Source: Carcharhinus longimanus
Taxonomy: Eukaryota
NCBI GenBank assembly: GCA_030264375.1
Contig: JASCQW010000105.1
Location: forward strand, 28,977,187-29,041,186
Length of the DNA stretch: 64,000 nucleotides
Direction: 5' to 3'
In this document: piece by piece, positions 38,471 through 51,559 of the stretch
Numbering within the stretch: position 1 is the stretch's first letter
Layout: every line of letters starts with the position of its first letter
Notes under the pieces: generated by a model
Told to the model about the DNA's origin: nothing
Databases searched by the model: none
What the model saw: only the letters and a program-made list of their open reading frames with translations
Translations under genes and position numbers: made by a program

Positions 38471-40409
38471 TTCTAATATTTTCGTTCACTATGTACATTT
38501 TTCGATTAGAAACAAAGTGTAATGTTTGGGCTACGTGTGAATATCTTCGGGTACATCATACTCTCAGTTCCTGTCAACAAACTACTCTAAGAAACAAAAC
38601 TGCCCATTGATGTCGAAGATCTTTCTAGGATGTTGCTCTCTTATGCTGCAGTTGTTTACCTCTAGACTATCTAATGAAACAGTTGTGGCTACACAAAATG
38701 CTGGACTATTGGATATCGTAGTTGTTGGGTTGTAGGCAGGTAGAGGTTCTGGCTGTTGACGAATCAGATGATGAGGCAGCTGGATAAGTGGCACGTGTAG
38801 ACACTGAGGCAGTGGGACCAAGTTACTGTCGTCAATGTGCAGGCGAGTGCAGCAGATGATGAAGAGGAATGAGAATGATCTTTCTTGGCTTCCAAGTTGG
38901 TCAATTTAAACTATCATACGTTAAAGTCTGAGGGCATCTCCTGCTTCTCATCCACCTCCTCCCACCTTAGTGAAATGATTGCCCCTTTCTTTAGGAGATT
39001 GGCCTTGATTCCTATTTGAAGGATTGGCTTTCATTTTTCTGCCTTGCGAATAAACAGTAAGAGCAGACAACACTATTCCTTTGCACCAGTTGTGTTTCGT
39101 CAGGTATCCTGTGAAGATCAGCTTCAATTTATCCTAGTTACTTGCAGATGGGGTTTCACTCATTCAAAATTTTCAGCCATTACTTTGGTACCTGGTCTGG
39201 GCCCAAGTTTCCAATTTCCTCTGCAGATACCACCCCAGATATTCCCTTTCCAATTCAATGCCAAAGGAGTCACCATTTATCTTTTGAGTAGATTTTCCAT
39301 CTGATACTTGGAATTTGGTTGATTACTGAGCTGGAGTTTTTTGTTTTAGCAACCGATTGCTGTCAATAGTAAACAGTCACACAGAAATAGCATATTTTTA
39401 TGCAGAACTTTAACACGTCCCTAGACATATTCTGGCTTTATTTCAGAAAGTGGCATTAACTTATTCTTTTGCAAGATTATCTGATGAATTTGAACCTGCC
39501 AGCATGACTCTCACCTGCCACTTCTCCCAAAATGAACATTTTTGATTAGTACCTGATCTCCTGAATGAAGCAGACCAGTTGGAGTCATATCATACTGCTT
39601 TTTGCCTCCTGCAAATGATTTAGCTGCATTGCAAGATACTACCTCATACGCCCGCTGATTCATTCTCTCCACTTGTGTGCATATTTGCTATGGCACCATG
39701 TGGCACACCCATCCTCTGTATTGTGAAACCCAAAAGCCATGTCCATGGTGAACTACCAAAAGGAGATAAAATGTAGTGTAGCCAGGAGCAGGCTGCCAGA
39801 TGCAGTTGTATGCATGCACATCCTTATTGACCTGGTTCTTTATCACTGCTTGTTGTAAGTAGAGTGTGGAAACATCCTAGACAGCATCCTGCTAAAGCAT
39901 GCTACATGACCATTACCCTCCGGGTGGTATTTTACTGTACAAGTGGAGATGGTTGAATGGTTGATTCTCAAATTCTCATCCCTGATCATGGTGTATTTTC
40001 TTGGCGAATCTAAACCTCAGTATTAAAATCAATGAACAACTAGGCAGGTCTTGGGGCAGCGGTAGCACCTACTTCTGGATCAGAAACTCCAAGTTTTTTG
40101 GCCCATGGTAGGATTCATTGGCCATAGGAGGAGTGTTCATGTCAACTCAACAGGCTGATAATCAGCCCAAGAATCCTTCCACTGCCTCCCCAATGTTTTC
40201 CTGAAGAAGAAATTATGAGTAAAGATACAATACTTCGTCAGCTGTTATCTTGGCTGATTTAGTGGCTGTTTAATCTTTGATTCTTAAGTACCAACATGCA
40301 CTCTCATCTCCCTGTACTTTTTTCCAGTTGGGGGATGTCAAAAGAGACAAGTTCAAAGCACTTTGTGGTGAAGACTGGTTTGAGGGGTGCTTTAGAAAGG
40401 GTATTGAGT

Positions 40410-40720
40410 TTCCACCGTTTCTAACCATGGTAGCTGGTAGAATTTAAATTCCATTAATAAAATCTGGAATTGAAACTACTTCCAGTAAATAGTGACCATG
40501 AAACTATCATTGATTGTTATAAAAACCTATCTGGTTCTTAATTGCCCTTGAGAAGAGCATCTTTACCTGGTCTGGCCTTCAAGCAATTCCAGATCCATAG
40601 CCATATGGTTGACTCTTACCCGCCCAATGAAGTGGCCTAGCCAGCCATTCAGCTCAAGATCAATTAGGGATGAAGAAATTCTAGTCTTACTGACAACACC
40701 CACACACAGAAAGAACAAAA
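40410..40720 (+). mobile_element. DeuSINE-like insertion inside the Gypsy element
   Basis: GAATTTAAATTC..AAATCTGGAATTGAAA..GTGACCATGAAACTATCATTGATTGT..TACCTGGTCTGGCCT..TGGTTGACTCTTA. Confidence 0.65.
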
Positions 40721-40756
40721 AAGACAAGTATAAAATAGAGTAGTGTAATTTTCATA

Positions 40757-41445
40757 TGATTTGATTTATTGACACATGTAATGGTACAGTGAAAAGTATT
40801 GTTTCTTGCGCACTATACAGACAAAGCATACCATTCATACAGTACATAAGGGAGAAGGAAGGGAGAGGATGCAAATAGTGGTGTTATAGTCATAGCTAGG
40901 GTGTAGAGAAAAATCAACTTAACGTGAGGTAGATCCATTCAAAAGTGGCAACAGGGAAGAAGCTGTTCTTGAGTCAGTTGGTAACAACCCTCAGACCTTT
41001 GCATCTTTTTCTCCACGAAAGAAGGCAGAAGAGTGTACTTCCGGGCACATGGGGTCCCTGAGTATGCTGGCTGCTTTTCCAAAGCAGCGGGAAGTGCAGA
41101 CAGTCAACGAATGGGAGGGTGGTTTGCATGATAGACTGGGCTTTATTCACAACGCTTTGTAGTTTCTTATGGTCTTGGTCAGAGTTGGAGGCATACCAAC
41201 CTGTGATACACCAGAAAAGATGTTTTCTGTGGTGCATCTGTAAAAGTTGGTGAGAGTCATAGCGGAAATGCCAAATTTCTTTAGCCTCCTGAGGAAGTGG
41301 AGGCATCGATGGGCTTTTTTAACTATAGCATCAGTGTGAAAGGACCAGGAGAGATTGGTGGTGATCTGGACACCTAGAATCTTGAAGTTCTCAACCATTT
41401 CCACTTCATCCCCATTGATTTGGACAGGGGCAGGTCCTCCACTGC
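40757..41445 (-). mobile_element. Rex1/Babar-type LINE 3' fragment nested in the Gypsy element
   Basis: PVQINGDEVEMVENFKILGVQITTNLSWSFHTDAIVKKAHRCLHFLRRLKKFG; (ATTTG)n-like tail. Confidence 0.85.
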
Positions 41446-44400
41446 ACAAACAGCTTTCACTCATTGAAGGTGATGACCATTCTACGCAACCCAGTTCTTA
41501 CATCTTACTTATGGATGAACCTTGTTTTGCTTTAAGTATGGGAGCAATGGTTGGATCTTGTTCTTGGGCACCCCTCATGTCCTTTGGGAGAGAAGCTCCC
41601 CACAAGTGAAGGAGGACTGCTCTTTCATAGTCAAGGACTCAACCAGCAATCAAGGATTGTATTGGTATTGCCCTTTCCATGGCTCAGATGATTGTAGGTC
41701 GAGGCACTTTGGTAGTGGAGTCAAAGTCTACAGGCATTCTGCAAAGAGAATCTGCCACACTGTTCTTACTAGGAAGGTAATTATGTAATCTGCCACCTCA
41801 GCTACCAATTGCTGACTGGTTATGTCCTCTGCTCAGCAAAGTTTAAAGTAAGCAAATTAATGTGTATTCGCTATGGCACCATGTGACACAACCATCCTCT
41901 GCATTGTGAAAACTGAAAGCCGTTAGTAAAGGGAATCTCCAAATTTATCTCTACAGGGTCCAACTTAAAACCCACTCTCAAGATGATCAGGCCAAGCGCT
42001 TGACCTCACATTTGAGCAAAGAATATCTGCTGGGCCTTGTCTTAATTCCTTGCTCCTGAAGGTACCTCAGGACTTGCTTCAGACCTGGTATATGTGCCTC
42101 AGAAGGATTCATTGTAACAGAACATCTAGATATCGAACGTCAATTTCTCCTGTCACCAAAGCTCGACTCAGCGCACCTTCCAAAGTTAAATGTTGCACAA
42201 TTCGTATAACCCTCACAGGGTTATGAAAGCAACTGCTGTTTGGTTTTCTTCTGCAATAAAGCCTTGGTGGTAGACTTTCCATTAGTGCTGCATGACAAGC
42301 CAGGACCTCCCTCAGGATTGCCCAAGGCATCTTGAATCCGAGGTATTGGCTGCCAGTCTGATATGTTTCGCTATTAAATTCCTACTAGTCTGTATTGAGG
42401 CAAAGAGTCCCATCTTGCTTTCCAGTCTCCGTATATGACCAGAGATAAATAGAATCTTGGTGATCCAGCCTTAATTTATTATGTGTTGAAGGTAGACTCT
42501 GACCTCTCCAAGCTATGATGGGGTTTAACATGTACATTTTCTGCACAGACTGATCATCTTTGAGGCGAATCTGCATCTGAAGGTCATTGATGCATACGAG
42601 GTCATTCTGAGCATTTGCAAATGCTTTCTCTCTGAACAGCCTTTTCCTGAACACCACTGTGACAGCCTGATATTAGTCTTCTATTAAGGAATGAAGATCC
42701 ACAGGAAGCACAAAACTCTTAGAGCTATCCCCCTGTACTGGTTTCAGACAGTCAGCATTAGAAATCTTATCTGGTGCTACTGTAAACTGCAAAGCTTCAG
42801 CTGCATCAAGCATTTGTCATTTGGTTCCCTACGTTCACTTCTTCAGAGTCACATCATGATTGGCAGTGTTTGCTGCAGTAAGACTTAGATAGCATGGTCC
42901 AATAAGTTCTTTCAATGACCTCAAGGGCTTGATGACTCTTTCATGGGTCAAGTGTTGCCTGTATATCTACAAGCTGCCTCTTCATAATGAGGACACTGCC
43001 GTATCAGTTCTGAATGCAGCAATCTTAGACATCAGAACGCTCTTGTAATGTTTCCTTTCCCTTGATCTTTCTGTTCCTCCCGAGATTCACTTAGATATAG
43101 TTGCAGCATTAAGCATCTCAAGCAGTATTTTGTCCTTTGTTTCAGGATTTTCTAAATAGGAGCAAAGTTCATTCTTAACTGATTTATTCCATAATCCTGT
43201 CAAGAGAGCGTGCAGAAGCAGGGTCATAATTATGCCCAGATCCTAGCTCTTTGCTGACAAATGTGTGTTTCTGTCTAAGATGAAGCGCTTAAACAAAGGA
43301 GGACTGGGCTGAGTCCCCACTTTCTTGTACTAGTCCAAGAAAGATGACAACACAATTTTGTTGCACTTTTCTCCTCTCAGTGTGACCTCAGCAGGCAAAG
43401 TAGGCTAGGTAGTGCCTTTAAGGTAGTTTCTGAGGGAGGACCCTGGGACTAGGGCACTTTTCTGTGATTTCTTGCTCTTATTGATGCTGCTTTCATTCTG
43501 GTGGATGAAGTTGGCAATTATCAGCCTCTGCCTCTGTCCAGGTTTCCCCGTGTGTCCTGAGACCTTGAAATCCCAAGTGATTTGTAATAAATTTGCCTGG
43601 GCAAGTATGAGTTCGGGAGGAACACATGAAGATTCTTTCTCCACTTCTCCAGATGGTTACTTAAAATCTTCAAGTCCACCCAACAAACCCATCAGCCTCT
43701 TGACAACTAGCAACAATTTTCCCTTAATGCCCCTTCATTCAGTTGCTGCGTGTTTCTCCTTACCAGTACTCTATCTGTCCCACTGTTTTGTCAGCACTGG
43801 GTACCTGGAGGTTCCAGCCTACTTGAATCAATTCTTTCAGCTCTACATGAAGCCAAAATTCTGGTAGATCTCTAAAAAAAAAGAATCAGCCCTTGTGACC
43901 TAGCCACCTGGCTCCCAATGTTCAGCCTGATTTTGAGGTCCCTATGTACTCTTCTACCTGCCCTTTCTCACCCATAGCCTTATCACCTGAAAAACCTACT
44001 TCGACCCTATGTCACTTTGAAGTATTCTCCATAGAAGTCTGCTTTTGTCACTGGACACGTACGGAGGCTCATCCTGCAGGCAGCCAACCCATCTGGGGTA
44101 CAAAAGTTCATTCCACGTCTAAGTTCAAGTCCAAGACCTAAACCAAGATAATTACAATTCTAGTGACATATGTACAGACAATACCTCTCATTGGTACAAA
44201 CTATATTCAGATGTGTTTAAACCAAAATGGTATAAAGTTATAGAAATTCAGATGTTTTCTACAAATTTGCAGCTTGACCAAAGCTTCGCAAATCTGCCAA
44301 TATTTGAGGCAGCAGTTTGATGCTGAACACAATCATAAAAATTAAGAGGAGGAAAACGAGGCAAATTAAATCTCAGCTGCTCAATGACATTCCAAGGATA

Positions 44401-44539
44401 GAGTTTTAATACTTCCACTAAAAGTACTGAAACTTAGAAATATGTTCATGTGTAAAAATGATTTTCACAAAATTATTTAGATTATTTTTTGAAAAGTTCA
44501 TATAGTTAGTTTTGCATTGAGATGACAAAATGCATTTGT

Positions 44540-44660
44540 CTGTAGAATCCCTACAATGCAGAAGGAGGCCATGCAGCCCATCGAGTCTGCACTGACTCAA
44601 AGTCAAACCCAGAATTGAGCCCAGTTCCCTGGCACTGTGAGGCAGCACCTGGCGAACATG
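44540..44660 (-). mobile_element. Internally deleted HE1-like SINE (head plus tail)
   Basis: TAGAATCCCTACAATGCAGAAGGAGGCCAT..GAGTCTGCAC joined to GAATTGAGCCCAGTTCCCTGGCACTGTGAGGCAGCA. Confidence 0.6.
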
Positions 44661-45399
44661 CTGCCCACTAAGCAAGACTGGCAATGCTAAATGTTAGGCA
44701 TATTGTTCTAAAATTAGTGGCATTTCATTTCACAAAATAATGATAAATATGCACTGACGGCGATACATTTTTTAACTATCTTGGTCTCAGTTAGTAAATG
44801 TACTCCATAGTACAAGGACCATGCTGACTCCTGGTCAGTGCTGAGCAAGATGGACTCAGCTAGGGGGCTGCAATTGACGTGAAGATCTTTGGTCAGGTAA
44901 AAAGAAAAACTAGGTTTATCCTGGCAACCCACAGATCTCATCTGGATTTCAGCTCTATCTGTACCCACCAAAGCTCCCCAAAAGAGGACACAGCTCTACA
45001 CTATTTCTCAGTATCAATTCACTAAAAAAAAAACGCACTTGGGAAAAAGAAACCTGAAAACATTCATCACATACTGGCCAATCAAAGCAACTACATTCTG
45101 TTTCAGCTTAGCACCAAAGCATATGTTTGTATTTCATTTAGATCACAGGATTGTGACTCCTACCCACTTTTGTTTTTCCACTGATTGTCGAATAATGAGC
45201 CTGGCATTGAACATTGGTGAATATGCTACACATGGCTTCAACGTACCAGAGTCAAGATGGAAAGAAGCTGAGTTTGTTTGTTTCTGTTCTTCATCCGCCA
45301 ATACCTAGTGGAAGTACATGGGTGCAGACACCAAGATCAGCCCTGCATTAAGCATGAATGCTTGAAAGAAATACGAAGTGCCTGTGGAACCACACTGAG

Positions 45400-46320
45400 T
45401 GAAATCCAGAGGGAACTTGAAGAAAACTGAAGAAATACACAGCACTGGAATAATAAACACTTTGCTGAAGTCAGAGGGAGGTTGATGAGGGTAAAATAGT
45501 TAATGCTGTGACTTCCAAAAGGAGTTTTGAAGTGCCACATATAAGATTGGTTAGCAAAATTAATGGCCACATGATTGAAGAGGCAGGGCGGTGCAACACA
45601 AAATTTGCCTAGCAGCTGAGTGATGAAAGGTTGCCTTTCCAGAATGAAAGGGACCAACATTTCCAGCTATTGCATTAGAAGCAGTGTTCTTTATGATGGA
45701 AATTAATAATCTAAGCTTGGATATATGGGTATAATTTCAAAGTTTGCAGATGACAGTACGCAGTTCACTAAGTAGTAAGGAAGATGGCAAAAGGGTTGAA
45801 GAGGAAATTGAAGGATTGACGAACTGGTAAGCGCACAAAGCAGATTAAGTTTTAACGAGCAAGTGTAGAGGTGGTGCAATTTGGCAGCAGAAAGTGAAAT
45901 GATAATATAATCTAAATGCTACAAATTTAAAGTAGTGTGCAGGCTTTTCGTGAGGGGAGTGTTGGAGGGTGGCTGCACATATCCTGCTGCCTTAACAGGC
46001 TGTGTAAGCTCCGTTAAATGTTAATAAAACACTGAGTGGGCTTCAGAGCTGGAGTATTTTGTCCTGAAATGGATGGTGTACTTGAAGGATGGCAAAGAAA
46101 AGATTTTTACTAGGAGCTGCCGAGGAAGACGAATTACAATTACATGGATAAACTGCAGAAGTTGGGATCGCTCTTAAAGCAAAGAGGGTTCAAAATCATT
46201 AAGAATTTGGGGAGCACACAAAAAAAGGAGAAATTGTTTCTGATGCCAGAATGGTCAGTAACTAAGGGACATAAATTCATGGTAATTGGCAAAAAAAAGG
46301 GAAGCATTTTCATTATAAAC
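45400..46320 (+). mobile_element. Decayed CR1 LINE (RT to C-terminus)
   Basis: ATTTCAAAGTTTGCAGATGAC (ISKFADD) and CR1 C-terminal remnants (SVTKGHKF). Confidence 0.7.
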
Positions 46321-46339
46321 ACAATAAAACAGCCAGCTT

Positions 46340-46980
46340 GACCAGCAATAAACATTCACACCCTCCACCACCAGCACACTGCAGCATTGTGTACCACATG
46401 CGAAATGCATTGCAGCAACTAATCAAGGCCACTTCAACAGCACCTACCAAACTTGCAGCCACCACTACTAGAAAAAGAGTAGCAGACACATGGGAACATA
46501 AGCACCAGCAAGTTTCCCTCATCGTCCTGACTTGGAACTGTATTCATGATGTGGACATGCCAGCGTTGGACTGGGTAAACACAGTAAGAAGTCTCACAAC
46601 ACCAGGTTAAAGTCCAACCAATTTATTTGATAGTAAACTCACAAACTTTCAGGGTTTGCCCCTTTATCAGGTGAATGGAGAATTCTGGCCTCAGATAGAG
46701 TGTACTGTTATATGCTCTGTCTGAGGCCAAAACTCTCCATTCACCTGACGAAGGGGCAAACCCCAAAAGCTTGTGAGTTTACTATCAAATAAATCTGTTG
46801 GAACTGTATTGCCATTCTTTCACTGTTCCTGGGTTAGAACCCTAGAAATAGCACTGTTTATACCTACACCATGTATGTATGCATACTACAGCAGCTCACC
46901 ACAACCTTCAAGGGCAATTAAGAAAGGCAGTAAATGCTACCTTTGCCAGTAATACCCACATTTCATGAAGAATTTTTTTT
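46340..46980 (+). mobile_element. LINE 3' end (same family as 19325-19830) interrupted by a Penelope-like insertion
   Basis: Host sequence CATCGTCCTGACTTGGAACTGTATT|GCCATTCTTTCACTGTTCCTGGG is split by the insertion. Confidence 0.6.
46545..46802. mobile_element. Penelope-like fold-back element (inverted pLTRs) with 13-bp TSD
   Basis: ~90-bp inverted arms (46613-46704 vs 46709-46802); TTGGAACTGTATT on both flanks (46532-46544 and 46798-46810); hammerhead-like core in each arm. Confidence 0.8.
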
Positions 46981-47356
46981 AAAAAGTTACAATCTGGAGA
47001 ATGTCTGAAAGGGTGGTGGAAGCAGATTTAATAGTTACCCACAAAAGGGTAATATTTAGAGCTATGGGTGGATGTTGAGGTGGGGTGGTGTTGGAGATGG
47101 GTAGTTGGAGGGAAGCAGGGAAGCAGGTCTAAGTGGTTACCTCTACCAAAGTGCAATGTTGGATTAAATCATTCCATGATTTTGAATGAACAGAACTGAA
47201 TGAGCTCAGAGGGACTAATCAACAGCATGGAGTAACAACCGACTCATCAATTTTATTGTTCAGGCAATCTTGTTAAAAATTGCTTTAAAAAAAACCAAGA
47301 ATGTCAAACTACACTCACAGTAAGAAATGTATTCTAACACTGAAAAAGGACACAAA

Positions 47357-47780
47357 GGCAGCACAATGGCATTGTGGTTAGCACTGCTGCTTCACAACAC
47401 CAGGGGCCCAGGTTCAATTCCAACCTCAGGTGACTGTGTGGAGTTTGCACATTCTCTGTATGCCTGTGTGGGTTTCCTCTGGGTGCTCCAGTTTCCTCCC
47501 ACAGTGGAAAGGTGTGGAGGCTGGGTTGATCAGCCATGCTAAATTGGCCCTTGAATCGGGGGGACTAGCAGGATAAATATNNNNNNNNNNNNNNNNNNNN
47601 NNNNNNNNNNNNNNNNNNNNNNNNNNNNNNNNNNNNNNNNNNNNNNNNNNNNNNNNNNNNNNNNNNNNNNNNNNNNNNNNGGGGGGGAAAGAAGAGAGGA
47701 GGAGGAGGAGTTGGGATTATTATCAGTGCAGGTTCGATGGGCCAAATGGCTGCCTTCTCTACTGGAGGGATTCTATGAAA
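47357..47780 (+). mobile_element. HE1-like SINE, near full length (gap inside)
   Basis: GGCAGCACAATGGCATTGTGGTTAGCACTGCTGC..GGTTCAATTCC..core..CR1-type tail GGGCCAAATGG...GGATTCTATG. Confidence 0.8.
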
Positions 47781-48399
47781 TTCCATATGGGGTGAATGAA
47801 GAATACAAAAAAACTCTTTAATCCAGAAACAAATTAATTCAGAGAAATTAGAACATAAAAACTCCTCCGCAATACAACTCCTGGCTGCTCATTCAACCAC
47901 TACACATCCTGCCTCCTGGATCTCTATTTAGTTCTCTCTACTTTACTACCTGATGGCTTTATAAGGTCTCCTTAAACTTCTTCCACTATGGCATCGTCAC
48001 CCTCCACCTGCAAATCCTCATGGTTTTCCCTCATGCCTGGCATGTACTGTTTCTTCTTTAACCTATTGTGCTTGGAGACATTTAACCTCAAATTAAAACA
48101 CTGGAGAAATACATGTTGTAATGTGGAAAAATAAATACCACTACACCAGGGAACGGTCTTGAGGTTGGGAGGAAAGCACACTGTTGACAGAAAGCAGAAC
48201 CAGCTTTGCACTACATTTGCTCTGTGCTATACCTGAACTGTGCAAAGGAATATAATGAGGAAAACCTACATTTCCTAATCAGCAACTTGATTAGAAATAA
48301 AAAGAACTGATTTTTTTTTTACAACTTCTCTTTTCTTAAAACGTGATTAAATCAGAAATATTGCAAGTTATTTGCCTGTTCCAACTCCACACTGCAGCT

Positions 48400-49880
48400 T
48401 CTTTCTAATATCTGCAGGTGGAATGCAGAGCTTACATAATTAAATTTGTGACAATGGCTGTAAATGTATTGAGAAGCAAGTGTCAGGGATCATTTAGGTA
48501 ATGGCAATCACAATGTAAGAGATGTGGGTAAAAATTGAGAAGTACATATGAAAGAAAACAATCAAAGTAATAAATTGGGGCGGGAAAGGTTATTTTAAAA
48601 TGGTGAAAATGGAGCTCAGGAAAATAAATTTGAAACACATACAAATAAAAATGAATTAAAACTGCAGTGAATCCAGGAGCATAACATCCCATTAAAAAGC
48701 AATTAGATAATAATCACGCAAGAATTTTTTAAAAAGGGCAAAATGGAAAATAAAAACACATTACAAATACCTACACTACAAAAGAGAGGATGCCAAAAAG
48801 AGAAAATATAAAGATCAGAAAAGTTTAAAAAAGCAACTAAGACATTGAGAAGTTACAAAACTAAATTGTCCCAGAATTTAATAATGAAATATTTGATACA
48901 GAATAAATTAGGAAAGCCACAAAGTAGGAAGATAACTAATCAAATTAGAAAAGATAAGATCCCTTGTCCACAGGAATTCCATCTGTGCATAATCCAAGTT
49001 GAAGAAATGACAGAGGGACAATTGAAAATTGAAAACAAAAAGGGAACAGAGAACAAGATACAGCTAATATGGTTCTTATATTTAAAAACTGAGATAGAAC
49101 AAGTCCAGAGAACTAGAGAGCAATAAACACAATGCCTTTGGTAGGCAAGATAAATGGAATCCTTACTCAAACAAGTAATTGAAAAACATTTAGAAACCAC
49201 ACTAGCATTGAAACTTTCTGAATTCTTTGATGTAATATACTGTCCTCAGGGAGTGCGGCATCAGTTTGCCAAAACCATACCTGAAATTAGGAGGCTGCAC
49301 AAACTAGGGTTCCTTTTCCTGGAACTTAGATAATTAAGAAGTGATCTGATTGTAATTTAAGATATTAGGGGGAACAGAAAGGGTAAATAGAAATGAATTG
49401 TTTTCACTGGCTGGGGAATCAAAGCTTCAGAGGACACAACTATAAAAATCAAAACTAGATCTTTCAGAAGTGAGATTAACGAATACATAGGAAGTATGGT
49501 AAAAGTTTGAAACTGTCTTGCACAAAATTGATCATTGAGAGGTCAACTGTAAATTTTAAATCTGAAGTTAATAGCTTATCCACTTATAGTAAAGAATATG
49601 GGGCAAAAGCATGTCTCTGGACATAGGAAACAGAGCAGCCATAATCTTACTGAATGGTAGCAGAAGCAAGCTAGAGGAGTGAATTAACCTATTCCTGTTC
49701 CTAAGCGAAAATATAATCAAGCGTAGTCAGCATAGGTTTCAAAAGGAAGGTCATGCTTGACCATCTTATTGAATTTCTGAAGCAGCAGATAAGGGTAATC
49801 TGCTAAATCTAATAGATTTGGATTTAAGGGTCCTTTGATAAGGTATTATGTTATAGATTTACAATTAAGGTTAGATCACG
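48400..49880 (+). mobile_element. Decayed CR1 fragments
   Basis: CR1 C-terminus/3' UTR (CTAGGGTT..CTGGAACTTAGA..GGTGATCTGATT-like; CAGCCATAATCTTACTGAATGG..CCTATTCCTGTTCCT) and an RT segment (AGTCAGCAT..GGAAGGTCATGCTTGACC). Confidence 0.6.
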
Positions 49881-50499
49881 TGGACTGGAAGTATTCTCCC
49901 TTTCCTCTTTCATAGTCTCCCTAATACTTTCAACATCCCATCTCAGTGGCTGCTCAGTCTAATTCATCTGCCTTTTCTCAAACCAAATCATATTAAGCTT
50001 GTACTGTTCCTCACGGTCCATTTTCAGCATGACACTCCATAATAAACTTCATTAATCTTGTCTTTAATCAATATTTAGACTTTCCCTTTGCACTCTTAAT
50101 TCTCACTTCGTTGGTGCATCTGCCAACTTAGGGCATTATACTTTTGATTCCCTGAATTGTGTCAGATGATCCAACAGTTTCATGTTGATCAAAATGCTCA
50201 GGTAGTCACATGCATTTATAGAAGTCTTCATAACTTCTGTTACGCCTACACTAATAACCATTCTGGAGCATTGATGCTATTTACTAAAACTGCAGTCAAT
50301 TAAACATGCTTACGAACACAAAACGGTCAACACAACTGACAGCTTCTTTCAGCTGAGGTTATTCCACTTAGTTAGCTCTTCCCTTTCCATTACTTCTGCA
50401 TACATGTTAACATGCAGCATCCTCACTATATTCCTCCTCCGACCACACCTGGATCAGACTGTGTCTTAGCTCATGACGTGCAATTTGTACTATGTTTTT

Positions 50500-50790
50500 C
50501 TTTCATTCTTTCATGGGATGTGGCCATTGTTAGCAAGGCCAGCATTTTTTGCCCATCCCCAATTGCCCCTTGAACAGAATGGCTTGCTAGGCCATTTCAG
50601 GGGCAATTAAGTTAAGTCAACCACACTGCTGAGGATCTGGTGTCACATGTAGGCGAGTTTTTTTCCTACAGATTTTATTAATTGACTTTAAATTCCACCA
50701 GCTGCTACGGCGGGATGTGAACCTATAGTCCCAGGAAATTAGCCTGAGCCTCTGGAATGTTGATGACATTTCTACTAAACTACTGCCTCT
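50500..50790 (-). mobile_element. DeuSINE-like element
   Basis: TTCATTCTTTCATGGGATGTGG..AAGGCCAGCATTT..GCCCATCCCCAATTGCCC..AGTCAACCACA..GGATGTGAACC. Confidence 0.65.
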
Positions 50791-51559
50791 CTTTTAATTC
50801 CAATCCATTCCAATGTTCTTTCCTATCTCCATTAATTTGATCCAATTCATCAGAAAAGATCTTTTTTCAAAAACCCACAAAAGCAAATGAGCATGATCAT
50901 GCCCTATGCTCTTCTTGTACAGCGCACTCATTATCCCTATTGTCTCTCTTCTCCACTTGTTCTCCACTTCCCTGAGATTTGTCNNNNNNNNNNNNNNNNN
51001 NNNNNNNNNNNNNNNNNNNNNNNNNNNNNNNNNNNNNNNNNNNNNNNNNNNNNNNNNNNNNNNNNNNNNNNNNNNNNNNNNNNNNNNNNNNNNNNNNNNN
51101 NNNNNNNNNNNNNNNNNNNNNNNNNNNNNNNNNNNNNNNNNNNNNNNNNNNNNNNNNNNNNNNNNNNNNNNNNNNNNNNNNNNNNNNNNNNNNNNNNNNN
51201 NNNNNNNNNNNNNNNNNNNNNNNNNNNNNNNNNNNNNNNNNNNNNNNNNNNNNNNNNNNNNNNNNNNNNNNNNNNNNNNNNNNNNNNNNNNNNNNNNNNN
51301 NNNNNNNNNNNNNNNNNNNNNNNNNNNNNNNNNNNNNNNNNNNNNNNNNNNNNNNNNNNNNNNNNNNNNNNNNNNNNNNNNNNNNNNNNNNNNNNNNNNN
51401 NNNNNNNNNNNNNNNNNNNNNNNNNNNNNNNNNNNNNNNNNNNNNNNNNNNNNNNNNNNNNNNNNNNNNNNNNNNNNNNNNNNNNNNNNNNNNNNNNNNN
51501 NNNNNNNNNNNNNNNNNNNNNNNNNNNNNNNNNNNNNNNNNNNNNNNNNNTTGTATGTT

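Larger units (their letters stand above)
38890..43400 (-). mobile_element. Decayed Ty3/Gypsy LTR retrotransposon internal region (gag-RT-RNaseH end-integrase) with nested insertions
   Basis: gag LLHALLTGLWNKSVKNELCSYLENP (~43100-43230). RT DLQMQIRLKD, GWITK, KQDGTLCL, PIPRIQDAL, KVYHQGFIAEE..AFIT.GLYE, YLD (~42110-42660). RNaseH end VAEVADY..ADSLCRMP and AQEQDP (~41530-41810). Integrase KIHHDQG*EFEN, YHPEGNG, VHAYNC..GYTTFYLL (~39540-40030). C-terminal RRCPQTLTYDSL (~38910-38945). Many stops and frameshifts; LTRs not located. Confidence 0.88.

Noticed and set aside
46613-46802. Pre-miRNA interpretation of the long hairpin
   Set aside because: TSD, a dispersed homolog and nesting in a LINE show a mobile-element origin; no miRNA evidence from sequence alone.
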